Shown: positions 1-13,910, numbered from the stretch's first letter. The stretch is DNA of 64,000 nucleotides from Vulcanimicrobiota bacterium (GCA_963795855.1 CAWCIZ010000002.1:64001-128000); one strand, 5' to 3'. The notes: generated from the sequence alone by a model not told the origin. Numbers and translations are program-made.

Positions 1-235
1 GGCAGTTAGTTAGAAGCCCAAGATTTTCAGGGTGGTATCCCAAGGTTGGCTCCCTGCGAGCTAGCGCCCGCAGATCGTCGCCTCCCACCTATCCTGTACA
101 GAAAATCTCAGACCCCAACATCAGGGTACAGTAAAGCTTCATGGGGTCTTTCCGTCCTGCCGCGGGTAACCAGCATCTTCACTGGTACTGCAATTTCGCC
201 GGGCCCCCCATTGAGACAGTGTCCAAGTCGTTACT

Positions 236-277
<42 letters not shown>

Positions 278-625
278 CACTTTTTTCAGCGTGCTTTCGC
301 ACGAGAGTGGACTATATCTTCATCCAGGAACCTAATCAAGATGGCCGCAGCGTGTAACGTCTGCAGCAATTTCGACACCTGGAGCATCACGTGTAGTCTC
401 TGAGGATCCCCTACGACCGTAGGGTTTCCTGCGGATTGTCCAATCCACAACCATTTTTACTGCGACGCGTCAGGATGACGCTAGTGTCGACGAGCACAGA
501 AAGTGCTGGAGCCGACCCGGCGATCAAAATCGCGCCACGAGTAGGTTGGGCTCTAAGGATGTTCCCGCATATAGTGATGTTTTCGTCCGCACATTACTGT
601 GCGGTGAGGCAACGATAAAGTTGTT
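278..625 (-). ncRNA. Group I self-splicing intron in 23S rRNA at E. coli position 1931, 348 nt, no homing endonuclease ORF
   Basis: Splits conserved CCUAAGGU^AGCGAAA. Last intron base is G (278). P1 AGGU/AAC pairs with GUUGCCU (607-613) with U.G at the splice site. Core elements P AUGCGGGAA (562-570), Q AAUCCGCAG (429-437), R UCAGAGACUA (394-403), S AAGAUAUAGUCC (309-320). Confidence 0.93.
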
Positions 626-1140
626 ACCTTAGGACGGTTATAGTTACCGCCGCCGTTTACTGGGGCTTCAGATCAAAGCTTCGCTTGCGCTAACCTCTCC
701 CTTTAACCTTCCAGCACCGGGCAGGAGTCAGCCCCTATACGTCCGCTTTCGCGTTCGCAGAGACCTGTGTTTTTGTTAAACAGTCGCTTGGACCTATTTT
801 CTGCGACCTCCCTCGGCTTTCGCTGTAAAAGCTAGACCAAAGAAGGCACCCCTTCTCCCTAAGTTACGGGGTCAATTTGCCGAGTTCCTTAACAGGGGTT
901 CTCCCGTCGCCTTAGCATGCTCTGCCAGTCTACCTGTGTCGGTGTACGGTACGGGCACCTATGATCCTATCTAGAGACTTTTCTTGGAAGCGTAGAGTCT
1001 GTCACTTCGGATCGTAAAGATCCTCGTCATTCGCTTCTCGGGGTTAGCCACACGGATTTGCCTATGTGACCCCCTACCGGCTTAAACGCACACATCCATC
1101 GGTGCGCTGACATATCTTACTCCGTCATCCCTTCGATTCA

Positions 1141-1306
1141 TAGATCCTACGAACGGTAGTAGTCCCGCTTTGCTTTTCTTTGATCGCGTCGTTGCTGCTC
1201 GGTTACGATCCAAAGATCGCGCCTTCGGCAGCGTCTAGCGACAAGGAAAAATCAATAGCCGCTTCGTCAAGCGATTTGGATCTAGACACTGTTCGGAAGA
1301 GATCTA
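1141..1306 (-). other. ~165-nt hairpin insertion (expansion segment or IVS) in 23S domain III near helices 54/55
   Basis: Extra sequence between conserved 23S blocks. Ends are complementary: TAGATC 1141-1146 / GATCTA 1301-1306, and CGAACGGT 1150-1157 / ACTGTTCG 1288-1295. Confidence 0.75.
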
Positions 1307-2234
1307 AACGGTCATCGGTGGTAGCAGAATATGAACTGCTTGTGCATCGCCTACGCATCTCTGCCTCGGCTTCACTCCCGACTCACCCTGAGACGATTGA
1401 CGTTGCTCAGGAAACCTTAGACTTCCGGCGAGAGAGGTTCTCACTCTCTTTTCTCGCTACTTATACCTGCATTCGCACTTGTAGTTCGTCCAGCCGTCCT
1501 CACGGTCGACCTTCTGCCTACGCTACAACGCTCCCCTACCGATTAGTTTTTGCTAATCCCAAAGCTTCGGTTATATGCTTGAGCCCCGTTACATTTTCGG
1601 CGCCCCATCACTCGACTAGTGAGCTATTACGCACTCTTTCAAGGGTGGCTGCTTCTAAGCCAACCTCCTAGTTGTCTATGCGACAAGACTTCCTTTACCA
1701 CTGAGCATATATTAGGGACCTTAGCTGTTGATCTGGGCTGTTTCCCTTTTGACAATGGAGCTTATCCCCCACTGTCTGACTGCTGAGATGTTCGCCTCGG
1801 TATTCGGAGTTTGATGGGGTTCGGTAAGCCGGTAAGCCCCCTAGCCCTGTCAGTGCTCTACCCCCAAGGGTTAAATCTCAACGCTAGTCCTCAAACTATT
1901 TCGGGGAGAACCAGCTATCTCCAAGCTCGATTGGCTTTTCACCCCTATCCACAAGTCATCCAATGTTTTTTCAACAACAACAGGTTCGGGCCTCCACATG
2001 AGGTTAATCATGCTTCACCCTGCTCATGGATAGATCGCTTGGTTTCGGGTCTACTGATACGGACAAGCGCCCTATTCAGACTCGCTTTCGCTACGGCTCC
2101 GGCTCAACACCTTAACCAAGCCCGTACCAAGTAACTCGCAGGTTCATTCTTCAATAGGCACGCGATCACACATATAAAAATAGTGCTTTCACGGTTTGTA
2201 AGCACGCGGTTTCATGTTCTATTTCACTCCCCTT

Positions 2235-2268
<34 letters not shown>

Positions 2269-2903
2269 TTTCGCTATCGGTCTCCACAGAATATTTAGCC
2301 TTGGAAGATGGTCCTCCCAGTTTCAGACAGGGTTTCTCGTGCCCCGCCTTACTCACGAACAACTCCGCAAGATCGATTGATTTCACCTACAGGACTATCA
2401 CCTTCTATGGTGCGGCTTTCCAGCCGGCTTCTGCTATCGATCGATTTTGTAACTTGCGTCCAACTGATCAGAGTTGAAATGGTTGCCGTACAACCCCGCA
2501 CATGCAACGCCTGATCGCTTGCACATATACGGTTTAGGCTGTTCCCAGTTCGCTCGCCACTACTACGGGAATCTCGGTTGATGTCTATTCCTCCGGCTAC
2601 TTAGATGTTTCAGTTCACCGGGTGCGCTCTACTCACGACTATTGAATTCATCGTGGAGTCTGAGCCCATGACGGCCCAGGGGTTGCCCCATTCGGAGATC
2701 CAGGGATCATCGCTTCTTAGCAGCTTCTCCTGGCTTATCGCAGCTTGGTACGTCCTTCATCGCCTGTGGAGCCAAGGTATCCACCTCGTGCTCTTATTAA
2801 TTTTTGACTGATTCTCAATATAAGAAATTGCACCCACGACGTTTACGGAAATAAGACGTCGCGGGCCGCTTCATGTTTTGACACATGAAAGTTCTTCTCT
2901 ATG

Positions 2904-2916
2904 CAGTTTTCAAGGA
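2904..2916 (-). promoter_or_regulatory. boxA-like antitermination element in ITS
   Basis: TCCTTGAAAACTG on minus strand; the same sequence occurs in the 16S leader at 5100-5112. Confidence 0.6.
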
Positions 2917-3305
2917 TCATGAGGGCTTGCAACTTCACTCATACTGACGAGTCTGCACGTTGCACAGGACGAGAACTCGCGTGAGGTTCGTTCCCTCAAA
3001 GCTGAACAGTGCAGTACCTTGATCCTTCGCATTGCCCGAAAGCAACCCGTGCGAAGGACGGAAATGGTAAACCCCTATTTTGTAGGAGCCGCGCATCAAC
3101 TAACGTGTTGTATACGGCGTAAAAGGCCATGAACCTCAGCCATACACTCGAGATGAGTGGTAGACCCCTGGTCCGCATCGTTCCCTCTTCGCACTGACAG
3201 TCATCACATGAGGTCTACTGCTACGCGTTTTCAATGGCATCGTCTGTGGTCGACTTAGAATGTACACTGCGCATTCACGCTAGGCGTGAACCAACAGTAT
3301 GTACT

Positions 3306-4815
<1,510 letters not shown>

Positions 4816-5087
4816 AAATTTTATGGAGCCGTTTCTAATGATTGGCTCTCAAATAATCGCTGACTATATTAAGGATAGATTGCGAATCTATCCACACCCG
4901 CTTCGGCAGCCCGCAGTAACGCTGACGTCGAACGCACGCGTTAGTCATAAAGTTTGTACGCTCGGATTTCCAAAGGACCGGTGGAACGGAACCTTCGTTC
5001 CTCCGAGTAAAATTCTCAGAAACTGCAAACAAAAAAACGCCTTTCGGCGCCTTGTCTAGAAGTTTAGAGACCCACAGACTTATGCGC

Positions 5088-5118
5088 TACTGCACTGTTC
5101 AGTTTTCAAGGAACGAAC
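5088..5118 (-). promoter_or_regulatory. 16S leader arm of the processing stem, including boxA
   Basis: Near-perfect inverted repeat of 2986-3016 in the ITS. Confidence 0.75.
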
Positions 5119-5191
5119 ACCGACACCGAACCTTATCAGTTCGGACCTCGCGGCCTCACTTTTCGTGGTAGGCATCGGAGTCACGACGAGC

Positions 5192-5220
5192 ATCATACCT
5201 CGCCGGGTATCGCCTGTCAA
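5192..5220 (-). promoter_or_regulatory. sigma70-type rRNA operon promoter
   Basis: TTGACA-17 nt-TATGAT upstream of the 16S leader. Confidence 0.8.
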
Positions 5221-5261
5221 GCCGTATTCGCAGAATTATTCTCGTTTCAGGCCGACTTAAG

Positions 5262-5809
5262 TCATGACCGTCGATTTTTTGGCGTGCGCGCCGGCGCTGC
5301 GCCTTCGACGCGATTTCCACAGACCCGCATGCTGCACCAAGCACCCGACCCGTTCTTCGACTTGTCGTAGAACGCCCAGCGGCAGCTGTGTTTGCGGCAG
5401 GCCTTGAGCCGGGGCCACGTGCCCTCGCCAATCGCGTCATAGACGATGGCGAGCATCTCGAGCGACCACGGCGTCGACCCCCGAGCCGCGCGGACGCAGC
5501 GCCGGCAAGCCGGCCGGCGTGATGTACATTCCATAACCGGCGGATGCCACAAAAGGTTCCAAAGCGCGCAGCCGCTCGCTCGCACTTCCCGCTCCGGCAT
5601 GCGCTTCCAAGACGGCGCGCAGCGCCTCGCGGAATTCTCGAAGCCGCCGCAAAGCCGCGTCGTCGAGGCCGGGTACGAAACCCACTCTCGCTGCACCAGC
5701 GAGCAAGCGAGTCATCCGGCCCGAGCGGGTCCGTTACTCGATCGATCTCGACGCTGTTGACGAAGTCCCGCACCATTTCCAACCGTCCGGGAGCGGCGGA
5801 GCATGCCAT
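5262..5809 (-). CDS. CGNR zinc-finger (ABATE) putative regulator; frameshifted in this assembly
   Basis: N-term LEMVRDFVNS, middle LRRLREFREALRAVL and C-term WPRLKACRKHSCRWAFYDKSKNGSGAWCSMRVCGNR lie in different frames. Confidence 0.85.
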
Positions 5810-5840
5810 TTCGCTTCGATCATATCACCAGCAAAACGGC

Positions 5841-5869
5841 TTGACAAGTTACCGCCACCGGCGTACGAT
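5841..5869 (+). promoter_or_regulatory. sigma70-type promoter divergent from the CGNR gene
   Basis: TTGACA-17 nt-TACGAT. Confidence 0.6.
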
Positions 5870-6057
5870 GTTTATGGGTTACCAAACCGCACCTGAAAGT
5901 CAAGATCAATGTTAGAGCCAAGCCGCGCGTTCCCGTCATGTTCGACTACGTCGAACTGCGACTTGCGTATGCCGGTCCGCCGGCCGGACGATCCGTTCAT
6001 GCGGGACGCCGGTATCACGCTGCCCATCTCGCGAGTGCTGTAGGAGGCGAGTGGGAT

Positions 6058-6441
6058 ATGCTTTTCGATCACATCGACATGCGGGTCCGATGTTTGCGCG
6101 ATGCGCTGCCGCTCTACGACGCGCTTCTGCCGGCAATGGGTTTCACGAAACGAAATGCCGACGAGGAATCGGTCGGGTATCATCGCCCCGATGAGACCGG
6201 CGCCGAGCCGTTCTTCTGGGTCCTCGAGGACGCAGAGCACGTCCCCGGCGCAACCCGGTTCGCATTTTCCGCCGGCGACCGCGCGGAGGTCGATCGTCTG
6301 GCGAAGCTCGTGCACGAGGCGGGCGCACGCGCATTCGAAGCCCCGGAACTCATTACCGAGTACGGCCCGAACTATTACGCCGCATTTTTCGAGGACGCGA
6401 CGGGCAACAAGATCGAGATCTGCTGCCGCAAGCGGCAGTGA
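6058..6441 (+). CDS. VOC/glyoxalase family protein
   Basis: MLFDHIDMRV...YYAAFFEDATGNKIEIC; AGGAGG upstream. Confidence 0.85.
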   Translation: MLFDHIDMRVRCLRDALPLYDALLPAMGFTKRNADEESVGYHRPDETGAEPFFWVLEDAEHVPGATRFAFSAGDRAEVDRLAKLVHEAGARAFEAPELITEYGPNYYAAFFEDATGNKIEICCRKRQ

Positions 6442-6451
6442 GCCGCTCGAT

Positions 6452-7629
6452 TTACGAACCGCGCACGAAGAACGCTTTGAGGTATTCCGTTTCGGGCATC
6501 GCCGGGTGAATCGGATGGTCGGGCGCGTGCGCGTGCTTTTCCAGAATCTGCGCTCGCCGCGTCGAGTCTTTTGCCGCGGCCGAGAATGGCGCGCTGCAGC
6601 ATCGCCGGCTCGAGATGATGCGAACAGGAACACGATACGAGAATGCCCTCGCCCGAGAGGACCGCGAACGCCACGCGATTCAGCCGCTCGTACAGTGACT
6701 GCCCCGCAGCGAGTCTTTGCGCCGCTTGATGAGCGCGGGCGGGTCGACGATCACGACGTCGAACTTTCGACCTTCCGCAGCAAACGATCCGAGGACCTCG
6801 AGCGCGTCGCCAAGGTGCGTTTCCACTGTGACGCCATTGCGTCGCGCGTTCTCGATCGCATAGTCGAGCGCGAGCTGCGAACTGTCCGAGCACGTGACTT
6901 CGCTCGCGCCGAAAAGCGCCGCCCGCACGCCCCACGATCCGATGTACGAGTACATGTCCAGCACGCGTTTTCCGCGAACGTAGCGCGCGAGCCGCGCGCG
7001 GTTGTCGCGTTGATCGAAAAAATATCCCGTCTTCTGTCCCGTTCGCAGCGGCGCAGAAAACATCGCGCGTTCTTCTTCCACCGTGGCCGCGTCGGGAACA
7101 TGGCCGACCGTTTCGTCGAATTCGTCGATCCCTTCGATTTGCCGCACCGATCCCGCGCTTCGAAGGAGCATGCCGCGCGGTTTTGCTACGGCTTGCAGCG
7201 CCGCATTAGCACCGGGTCGCGCATTTTTACGATCCCGGCGGTGTTCAACTGCGCGACCAGAATGTCGCCATACCGATCGACCACGAGCCCCGGGCAGCCG
7301 TCCGATTCTCCATATACCGCGCGATAATGCGGCGTGGGATAGATGCTCTCGCGTAAAGCGAATGCGCGCCGGATGCGAGCCGACCACCATGCCTGGTCGA
7401 TTCGAGCCTTTGCGTCGCTGGTGAGAATGCGCGCGCATATGAGCGAACCGGGATTCACGTACGCCGTCCCGACCGGTTTACCGAACGAATCGCGCACGAC
7501 CGCAAAATCGCCGGGTGAAAATGCGGTCAACGGCGATCGACCGATATCGATCTCGTTACTGAACACCCACGCGTGGCCGAGCCGAACGCGCCGGTCCGCG
7601 CGCGGCAGCAAGACGAGGTCGCCCGGCAT
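6452..7629 (-). CDS. rlmI: RlmI-like class I SAM-dependent rRNA methyltransferase; frameshifted
   Basis: GHAWVFSNEI, GESDGCPGLVVDRY, GQKTGYFFDQRDNR, FDVVIVDPPA, PIHPAMPETEYLK motifs across frames. Confidence 0.8.
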
Positions 7630-7631
7630 GG

Positions 7632-8736
7632 TTATGCCGGCGGTTTCCGACGGCGCCATGCGGCGCAGCAAGTCCTCTTCCTGACGCTCCAAAGATCGTG
7701 CGACCGCGAATTGCGCTCGCGCGCGATCCAAGTTTTGCGTCTCGTGATGAACGCGGAAGTACACGTCGCCGCGTAGATAATCGGTCAGGAAACGTATGCC
7801 GTTTTCATAAGCAAGCACTTTTCCCGCGGTGACGAACGCGCTGCGCTCCGCGCCGCAAATCATGCCGACCAGCTCCCTCCAAAAATCCGTTTGCAACGGC
7901 TTGGAAGAGATCGGGATCCACCTCCACTTTCGAGGGGTCCGGTTCATCCTCGGCCGCGCTGGTGCTTGCGGTCCGCACCAGTTCGCCGACGTCGTACAAG
8001 TACGAGGCCCGGCATTAGGGTGTCCAGATCGAGGACGCAAATCGCTTCGCCGCTCTGCGCGTCGAAGAGCACGTTCGTGATCTTGGTGTCGTTGTGCGCG
8101 GCTCGGACCGGAAGCGCTGCGCGAGAAGCCAGATCGCCGAGCGCCGTGCAAAGCGGCTCCAGCGCGAACGCGGCCGCGATCTCCGTTTTCGCGGACGTGG
8201 CCCGGTTGCGCGCGTCACCATCGACCGCCTCGAGAAACGCGGCGAACCGCGCCGGCGTGTCGTGAAAAGTGCGGCAGCGTCTCGTACAAGGATTCTGCCG
8301 GGAAATCCGCCAGCAGCGCTGCAAACTCGCCGAAGGCGCGCGCTGCCGCAAAAGCGTCTTGCGCGCTTCGCACGCTTCCGTAGCACACGCTGTTCTCGAC
8401 ATAGGGGTACGTGCGCCAGTAATCGCCCGCGGCCGTCACGAGGACGTCTCGGCCGTCGAGTGTTGGGAGCAGTCGCAGTACGCGGCGATCGACGTCCGTC
8501 AAGCCGCGCTGCAGCAACTTCGCGCGGATATGCCCGGTTACGGCGGAGATGTTGCTCGTAAGCGCGTCCGGATCGCGAAAGACCGTAACGTTAATGCGCT
8601 GATGCACGTATCGAACGCAGCGGCCGTCCACGCCGTATGTTGCAAAGTACGTGTCGTTGATGTGGCCGCCGTGATAGCGTTCGCAGCCGAGGTAGCGGCC
8701 TTGAAGTTGAAACTGGGCGCCGATCTCCGCGAGCAT
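7632..8736 (-). CDS. APH-family phosphotransferase (N-acetylhexosamine kinase-like); frameshifted
   Basis: GGHINDTY, QRINVTVF, HNDTKITNVLFD, CVLDLDT, GIRFLTDYLRGDVYF motifs. 3' end approximate. Confidence 0.8.
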
Positions 8737-8839
8737 CGCCGGGTACTTTTTACACCGGCGCGGGAATCGCCTCGATGTTCCGGCCCGCGCGCGGGGGCGA
8801 TATGCAAAGTTGCGGTTTACCGCCCCGGACGCCGACCCC

Positions 8840-10407
8840 TTACTCACTTTACGCGATATGGACTTGGCCTGAAGGAACAGCAGCAGGTAGTCCCGCCCGC
8901 CGGCTTTGCTGTCCGTCCCCGACATGTTGAATCCGCCGAACGGATTGCCGCCGACGAGCGCTCCGGTGCATTTGCGGTTGAGGTAGAGATTTCCGACGTA
9001 GAACTCATTTTTTGCGCGTTCGATCTTCGCCTCGTCCGTCGTATACACCGCACCGGTCAAGCCGAACTCCGTGTTGTTCGCGATCTCCAGCGCATGGTCG
9101 TAATCGCGCGCCTTGATCACGGCAAGAACCGGCCCGAAGATCTCCTCCTGCGCGATGACGCCGTCGGGAGCAACGTCGGCGATGACGGTCGGCTCCAGAA
9201 AATAGCCGTTCTCGCCCACGCGGTTGCCGCCGGCAAGCAGACGTCCTTCTTTCTTGCCGGTTTCGATGTATTTCTGAATCGACGTCAGCGCGCGTTCGTT
9301 GACGACGGGTCCCATGTAGGTCGTTTTGTCGCTCGGATCGCCGACCGTAATTTTTGCGACGCGCTGTTTCAGCTTCTCGAGGAACTCGTCGTAAATCTTC
9401 GCGTCGACGATCGCTCGCGAGCACGCCGAACATTTCTGACCCTGAAAGCCGAAAGCAGAAACCGCGACGCCTTCGACCGCGGAATCCACGTCGGCGTCGG
9501 CTGCAACGATGATGGAATCTTTGCCGCCCATTTCCGCGACGACGCGCTTGATCCACTTCTGTCCTGCGTGCGTCTTCGCGGCGCGCTCGTTGACGCGCAA
9601 CCCGACTTCCTTGGAGCCGGTGAACGAGATGAAACGCGTGAGCGGGTGATCGACGATCGCATCGCCGATGACGCTGCCGCTGCCCGGGATGAAATTCACG
9701 ACGCCGCTCGGCACGCCGACTTCGTGCAGCAAATCGATGAACCACGCGGCTATCACCGCCGAATCGCTCGACGGCTTGAGCACGACGGTGTTGCCCGTAA
9801 CGAGCGCCGCGGACGTCATTCCCGCCATGATTGCGAACGCGAAGTTCCACGGCGGAATGACGACGCCCACGCCGAGCGGAATGTAGCGCAGTTCGTTTTC
9901 TTCTCCCGGAATCGGCGTTACCGGATGTTGCCCGGCGTACCGCAGCGCCTCCCGTGCGTAGAACTCCAGAAAATCGATCGCTTCGGCGGTGTCGGCATCT
10001 GCTTCGACCCAGCTCTTTCCGACTTCGTACACCATTACGGCATTGTAGTGATAGCGCCGCTGCCGCACGAGTTCGGCGGCTTTGAACAGTACGTTCGCGC
10101 GCTCGTCGGCGGTCGTATTCTTCCACGTCTGAAAGCGTTCGTGCGCGATTTCTATGGCTCGATTCGCCTGTTCGAGGGATGCGGACGAAACGTCGCCGAC
10201 GACGTCGCTCGGGTTGGAGGGATTCAATGACGGAATCGTCTTGTCGGTCAAGATCCGCTCGCCGTCGATCAGGAGCGGATATTTCTTGCCGAATCCCGCC
10301 TTGACCGATGCCAGGGCTGCCTGCATGGCGGCCACGTCGGCTGGATCCGTGTAGAGTTTTATGGGCTCGTTCGAAAACGGCGCGATGCGTTCGGCGGTCG
10401 TGCTCAA
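8840..10407 (-). CDS. pruA: 1-pyrroline-5-carboxylate (L-glutamate gamma-semialdehyde) dehydrogenase
   Basis: ALDH motifs IPPWNF, FTGS, AEMGGKD, GQKCSACSR, EEIFGP, PFGGFNMSGTDSKAGG. True stop is inferred near QAKSISRKV. Confidence 0.9.
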
Positions 10408-10508
10408 GTCGGATTCTCTCCTCGCGTAGTGGTCATCTCATTCAACCACAAGAGGGTTCCCCGCAGTTACGACCTTCTTCCTAGGCCGGTGCGGTTTCGT
10501 GCAGGTCC

Positions 10509-11310
10509 CTACGCCGAAGCCGCTTTTTTCAGGGCCTTGCAGAATTGCCGGGCGCGCCGCGCGGCTTCTTCACCCTGCGACCCGGCATACGCCTCGATGA
10601 GCGCGCTTCCCACGATGACGCCGTCGACGATGGCGCGGATTTCGCGGACGTGCTCCGGCTTGCTTATGCCGAAGCCGACGGCGAGCGGTTTTTCGGTTAC
10701 GGCGCGCAGCGTTTCCAGCTCGAGCGCGCAGTGGCGAAAAGTCGGGCGCGGATCCGGCGCCGGTTACGCCAAGGCGCGATACGACATAGACGAATCCCGT
10801 CGCGGCGCCGGCAATGCGCGCGGCTCGCTCGCGGCCGGTCGAGGGTGCGACGAGAAGCGGCATGCACAAGCCGTGCCGGAGCAGTGCTTCGCGCAACGCC
10901 TCGCCTTCCTCCAACGCCACGTCAGGAACGATCGCGCCTGCGGCGCCCGCCTTTGCGGCGTCGTCTGCGAATTGCTCGATCCCGTACTGGTACACCGGAT
11001 TGAAATACGTGAACAGCAAGATAGGAGGCGCGCCGCGCGCGGTCGCGTTTCGAACGAGCTCGAGCACCTGCGCGATACTCACGCCGCTTTGCAGCGCGCG
11101 AGTACCGGCCGCCGCGATCGTCGGACCGTCCGCAAGCGGATCGCCGTAAGGAATGCCGAGTTCGATCGCGTCGGCGCCGGCCTCGCTTATCGCTTCGAGC
11201 ATCAGCGCGCTGGTTTGCAGATCGGGATCGCCGGCCATTACGTATGGAATGAGCGCACATGTACCGGCGCGGAAGATTCGTTCCAGGTCGTGTCGGCCTT
11301 GCGCGTTCAG
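10509..11310 (-). CDS. trpA: Tryptophan synthase alpha subunit; frameshift near 10720
   Basis: [42 protein letters not shown]. Start probably CTG overlapping the trpB TGA. Confidence 0.92.
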
Positions 11311-12485
11311 GGCGAGAGCTCGCGGACTTGCGCGATGTCTTTGTCGCCGCGGCCGCTGAGATTGACCAGAATGAGATCGTTCGAGTCACGCCGTTCCGCA
11401 AGTTTGCGTGCGAACGCGATGGCATGCGCGCTTTCAAGCGCGGGAATGATGCCTTCGGTGCGTGAGAATTCGAAGAACGCGTCGAGCGCTTCGCGATCGG
11501 TGATCGGAACGTAACTGGCGCGTCCCGAAGCTTTGAGGTACGCGTGCTCCGGCCCGACTCCCGGATAATCCAAACCGGCGCTGATCGAGTGCGTTTCCGC
11601 AACTTGGCCGGAATGCGTTTGCAGCAGGTAGGAACGCGAGCCGTGAAGCACGCCGACACTTCCCGCGGTGATTGCGGCGGCGGTACGACCGCTTTCCAAA
11701 CCTTCTCCCGCCGCTTCGACGCCCCAAAGGCGAACGTCGGGGTCGTCGACGAAGCCGGAAAAAATTCCCATGGCATTACTGCCGCCGCCGACGCACGCAA
11801 CGACGTCGGAGGGCAGGCGCCCGAATTGCTCCAGACATTGGCGCCGGGCTTCTATGCCGATGACCTTTTGAAACTCCCGAACCATATATGGGTACGGATG
11901 CGCGCCGACCACGCTTCCAATCACGTAAAACGTATCGTCGACACGCGCCGACCACTGCCGGAATGCTTCGTTCGTCGCGTCTTTCAACGTCTGCGTACCG
12001 CCCGTCACGGAGTGCACCGTCGCGCCGAGCAAGTTCATGATGTACACGTTCAGCGCTTGGCGTTCGACGTCGCGCGCGCCCATGTACACCTCGACGGGAA
12101 AGCCGAAGCGCGCGCCGACCGTTGCCGTTGCAACGCCGTGCTGACCCGCGCCAGTTTCCGCGATGAGGCGTTTCTTCCCCATGCGCCGTGCGAGCAGCGC
12201 TTGGCCGACTGTGTTGTTGATTTTATGCGCGCCGGTATGATTCAGATCTTCGCGTTTGAGCGCAAGCGTCGCTTTGGAAATGCCTGCTGCGTACCGGTGT
12301 GCATGATAAACGGGCGAAGGCCGTCCGACGAATTCGCGCAGCACTGAGTCGTACTCGTTCCAAAACGCCTGGAGCTTGAAGGCGCTTTCGATCTCACGCT
12401 CGAGTTCCGAAAGCGCCGAAACGAGCACCTCGGGAACGAAGCGGCCGCCGAATTCTCCGAAATAACCGCGCGAATCAGGCTGCAT
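11307..12485 (-). CDS. trpB: Tryptophan synthase beta subunit
   Basis: [37 protein letters not shown]. Confidence 0.97.
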   Translation of the reverse strand: MQPDSRGYFGEFGGRFVPEVLVSALSELEREIESAFKLQAFWNEYDSVLREFVGRPSPVYHAHRYAAGISKATLALKREDLNHTGAHKINNTVGQALLARRMGKKRLIAETGAGQHGVATATVGARFGFPVEVYMGARDVERQALNVYIMNLLGATVHSVTGGTQTLKDATNEAFRQWSARVDDTFYVIGSVVGAHPYPYMVREFQKVIGIEARRQCLEQFGRLPSDVVACVGGGSNAMGIFSGFVDDPDVRLWGVEAAGEGLESGRTAAAITAGSVGVLHGSRSYLLQTHSGQVAETHSISAGLDYPGVGPEHAYLKASGRASYVPITDREALDAFFEFSRTEGIIPALESAHAIAFARKLAERRDSNDLILVNLSGRGDKDIAQVRELSP

Positions 12486-13107
12486 CGCTGTCCTTGACGG
12501 CCTGAACGAACGCGCGCATTTTCGCGAGATCCTTTCGGCCCTCGGTCTCCACGCCGGTGCGAACGTCCACGCCGAACGGGCGCACCGCGCGCACGCAGTT
12601 CGCTACGTTTTCCGGTGTGAGGCCGCCGCCGACGATGACCTGCCGCTCGCGCGCAAGCGGCGCGATGGTGCGCCAGGGGAAGGTTACGCCGGTACCTCCG
12701 CGCTGGCCGTTCACGGTCGTGTCGAACAAAAGGATAGCCCGCGGATGCCGGTTGCCGGCGCGTTCTACAGCGCCTGCGTCGGCCTCGTCGTGAGGGACGT
12801 GAATCGTTTTGATGATTTTGCCGTCGAGCGATGAGACGAACGTCGGAGATTCCTCTCCGTGAAGTTGAACCACGAGATCGGGAAAGATGTCCCGCGCGCG
12901 CGCGACGTCGTCACGGCTCGGGTCGACGAACACGCCCACGGGCGTTATGAACGGCGGCAGATGCTCGGCGATGTGCTTCGCGGCACTCGCCGTGATTCGG
13001 CGCGGAGACGGTGCGAAGATCATGCCGATCGCATCCGCTCCCGTGTCGACCGCCATCATCACTTCGTGGAGATCGGTGCAGCCGCAAAACTTGATGCGCG
13101 TTCTCAA
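12475..13107 (-). CDS. trpF: Phosphoribosylanthranilate isomerase
   Basis: [37 protein letters not shown]. Confidence 0.93.
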   Translation of the reverse strand: MRTRIKFCGCTDLHEVMMAVDTGADAIGMIFAPSPRRITASAAKHIAEHLPPFITPVGVFVDPSRDDVARARDIFPDLVVQLHGEESPTFVSSLDGKIIKTIHVPHDEADAGAVERAGNRHPRAILLFDTTVNGQRGGTGVTFPWRTIAPLARERQVIVGGGLTPENVANCVRAVRPFGVDVRTGVETEGRKDLAKMRAFVQAVKDSDAA

Positions 13108-13910
13108 TGGAAGGCCGGTGCGTGTACTGCCGCTTTCAGCGCGTGGATGAGCGTTCCGGGCTGCTCCGCGCGCATCAGTGCTTCGCCTACCAAAAATCCG
13201 CGTGCGCCGGCTGCGTGAAGCCGGAGGATGTCTTCCGGGCCTTGCATCCCGCTCTCACTAATCGCGGTGACTTCCGGCGGAACTCGCGGCAGCAGATATT
13301 CGCTCACGGAAAGATCCGTTTCGAAGGTCCGCAGATTGCGATTATTGATTCCGACGAGCGTGGCGCCAAGCGCCAGCGCCCGCGTGAGTTCCGCGGCATC
13401 GTGGACTTCCACCAGCACATCGAGATCGTATTTCGCAGCCTCGCCGATGCAATCGCGAAGTTCGGCGTCGGAAAGGCCCGCAACGATCAGCAAAACCGCG
13501 TCGGCCCCATAGGCAGCCGACTGCGCCATCTGATACGGCGTGTTCAGGAAATCTTTGCGCAAAACCGGACGCGACGCGTTCTTTCGAGCGACGTCGAGAA
13601 ACTCGAGTTCGCCAAGGAAATGGTCCGCCTCGGTCAGGACGCTTATGCAGTCCACGCCGGCTGAATCGTACGTGCGCGCCACGAGCGCGGGATCGAAGTT
13701 TCGAGCTATGAGCCCGGCGGAAGGCGATGCGCGTTTGATCTCGCCGACGATCGCCGGACCCTCGGCGCGCCGGATAGCCTCAAGGAACCGACGCCGCTCG
13801 CGCCTGCGCGCGAGCGCGTGAGCGCGGACTACGTCATACGGCTCACGCAACTCTTCCTGAGCGCGCGCCGCGAGCTTTGCATCGTAAATGCGATGAAGAA
13901 TGTCAACCAT
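13104..13910 (-). CDS. trpC: Indole-3-glycerol phosphate synthase
   Basis: EIKRASPSAG, ISVLTE, PVLRKDF, GINNRNL, ISESG. Confidence 0.95.
   Translation of the reverse strand: MVDILHRIYDAKLAARAQEELREPYDVVRAHALARRRERRRFLEAIRRAEGPAIVGEIKRASPSAGLIARNFDPALVARTYDSAGVDCISVLTEADHFLGELEFLDVARKNASRPVLRKDFLNTPYQMAQSAAYGADAVLLIVAGLSDAELRDCIGEAAKYDLDVLVEVHDAAELTRALALGATLVGINNRNLRTFETDLSVSEYLLPRVPPEVTAISESGMQGPEDILRLHAAGARGFLVGEALMRAEQPGTLIHALKAAVHAPAFH

Noticed and set aside
2944..2990. Hammerhead-like CUGACGA...GAC motif in the ITS
   Set aside because: The required GAAA is GAGA, stem I is not evident, and it is antisense to the rRNA transcript.
5938..6057. N-terminal extension of the VOC gene (MFDYVELR...)
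   Set aside because: A strong AGGAGG RBS and the family start fit 6058. The upstream part may be a decayed duplicate but is too short to support.
8215..10407. 730-aa P5C dehydrogenase-phosphotransferase fusion, and the phosphotransferase-RlmI in-frame join near 7630
   Set aside because: Out-of-frame TAA codons sit where the upstream proteins should end, the linker looks non-coding, and the indel rate is high. Likely artefacts.
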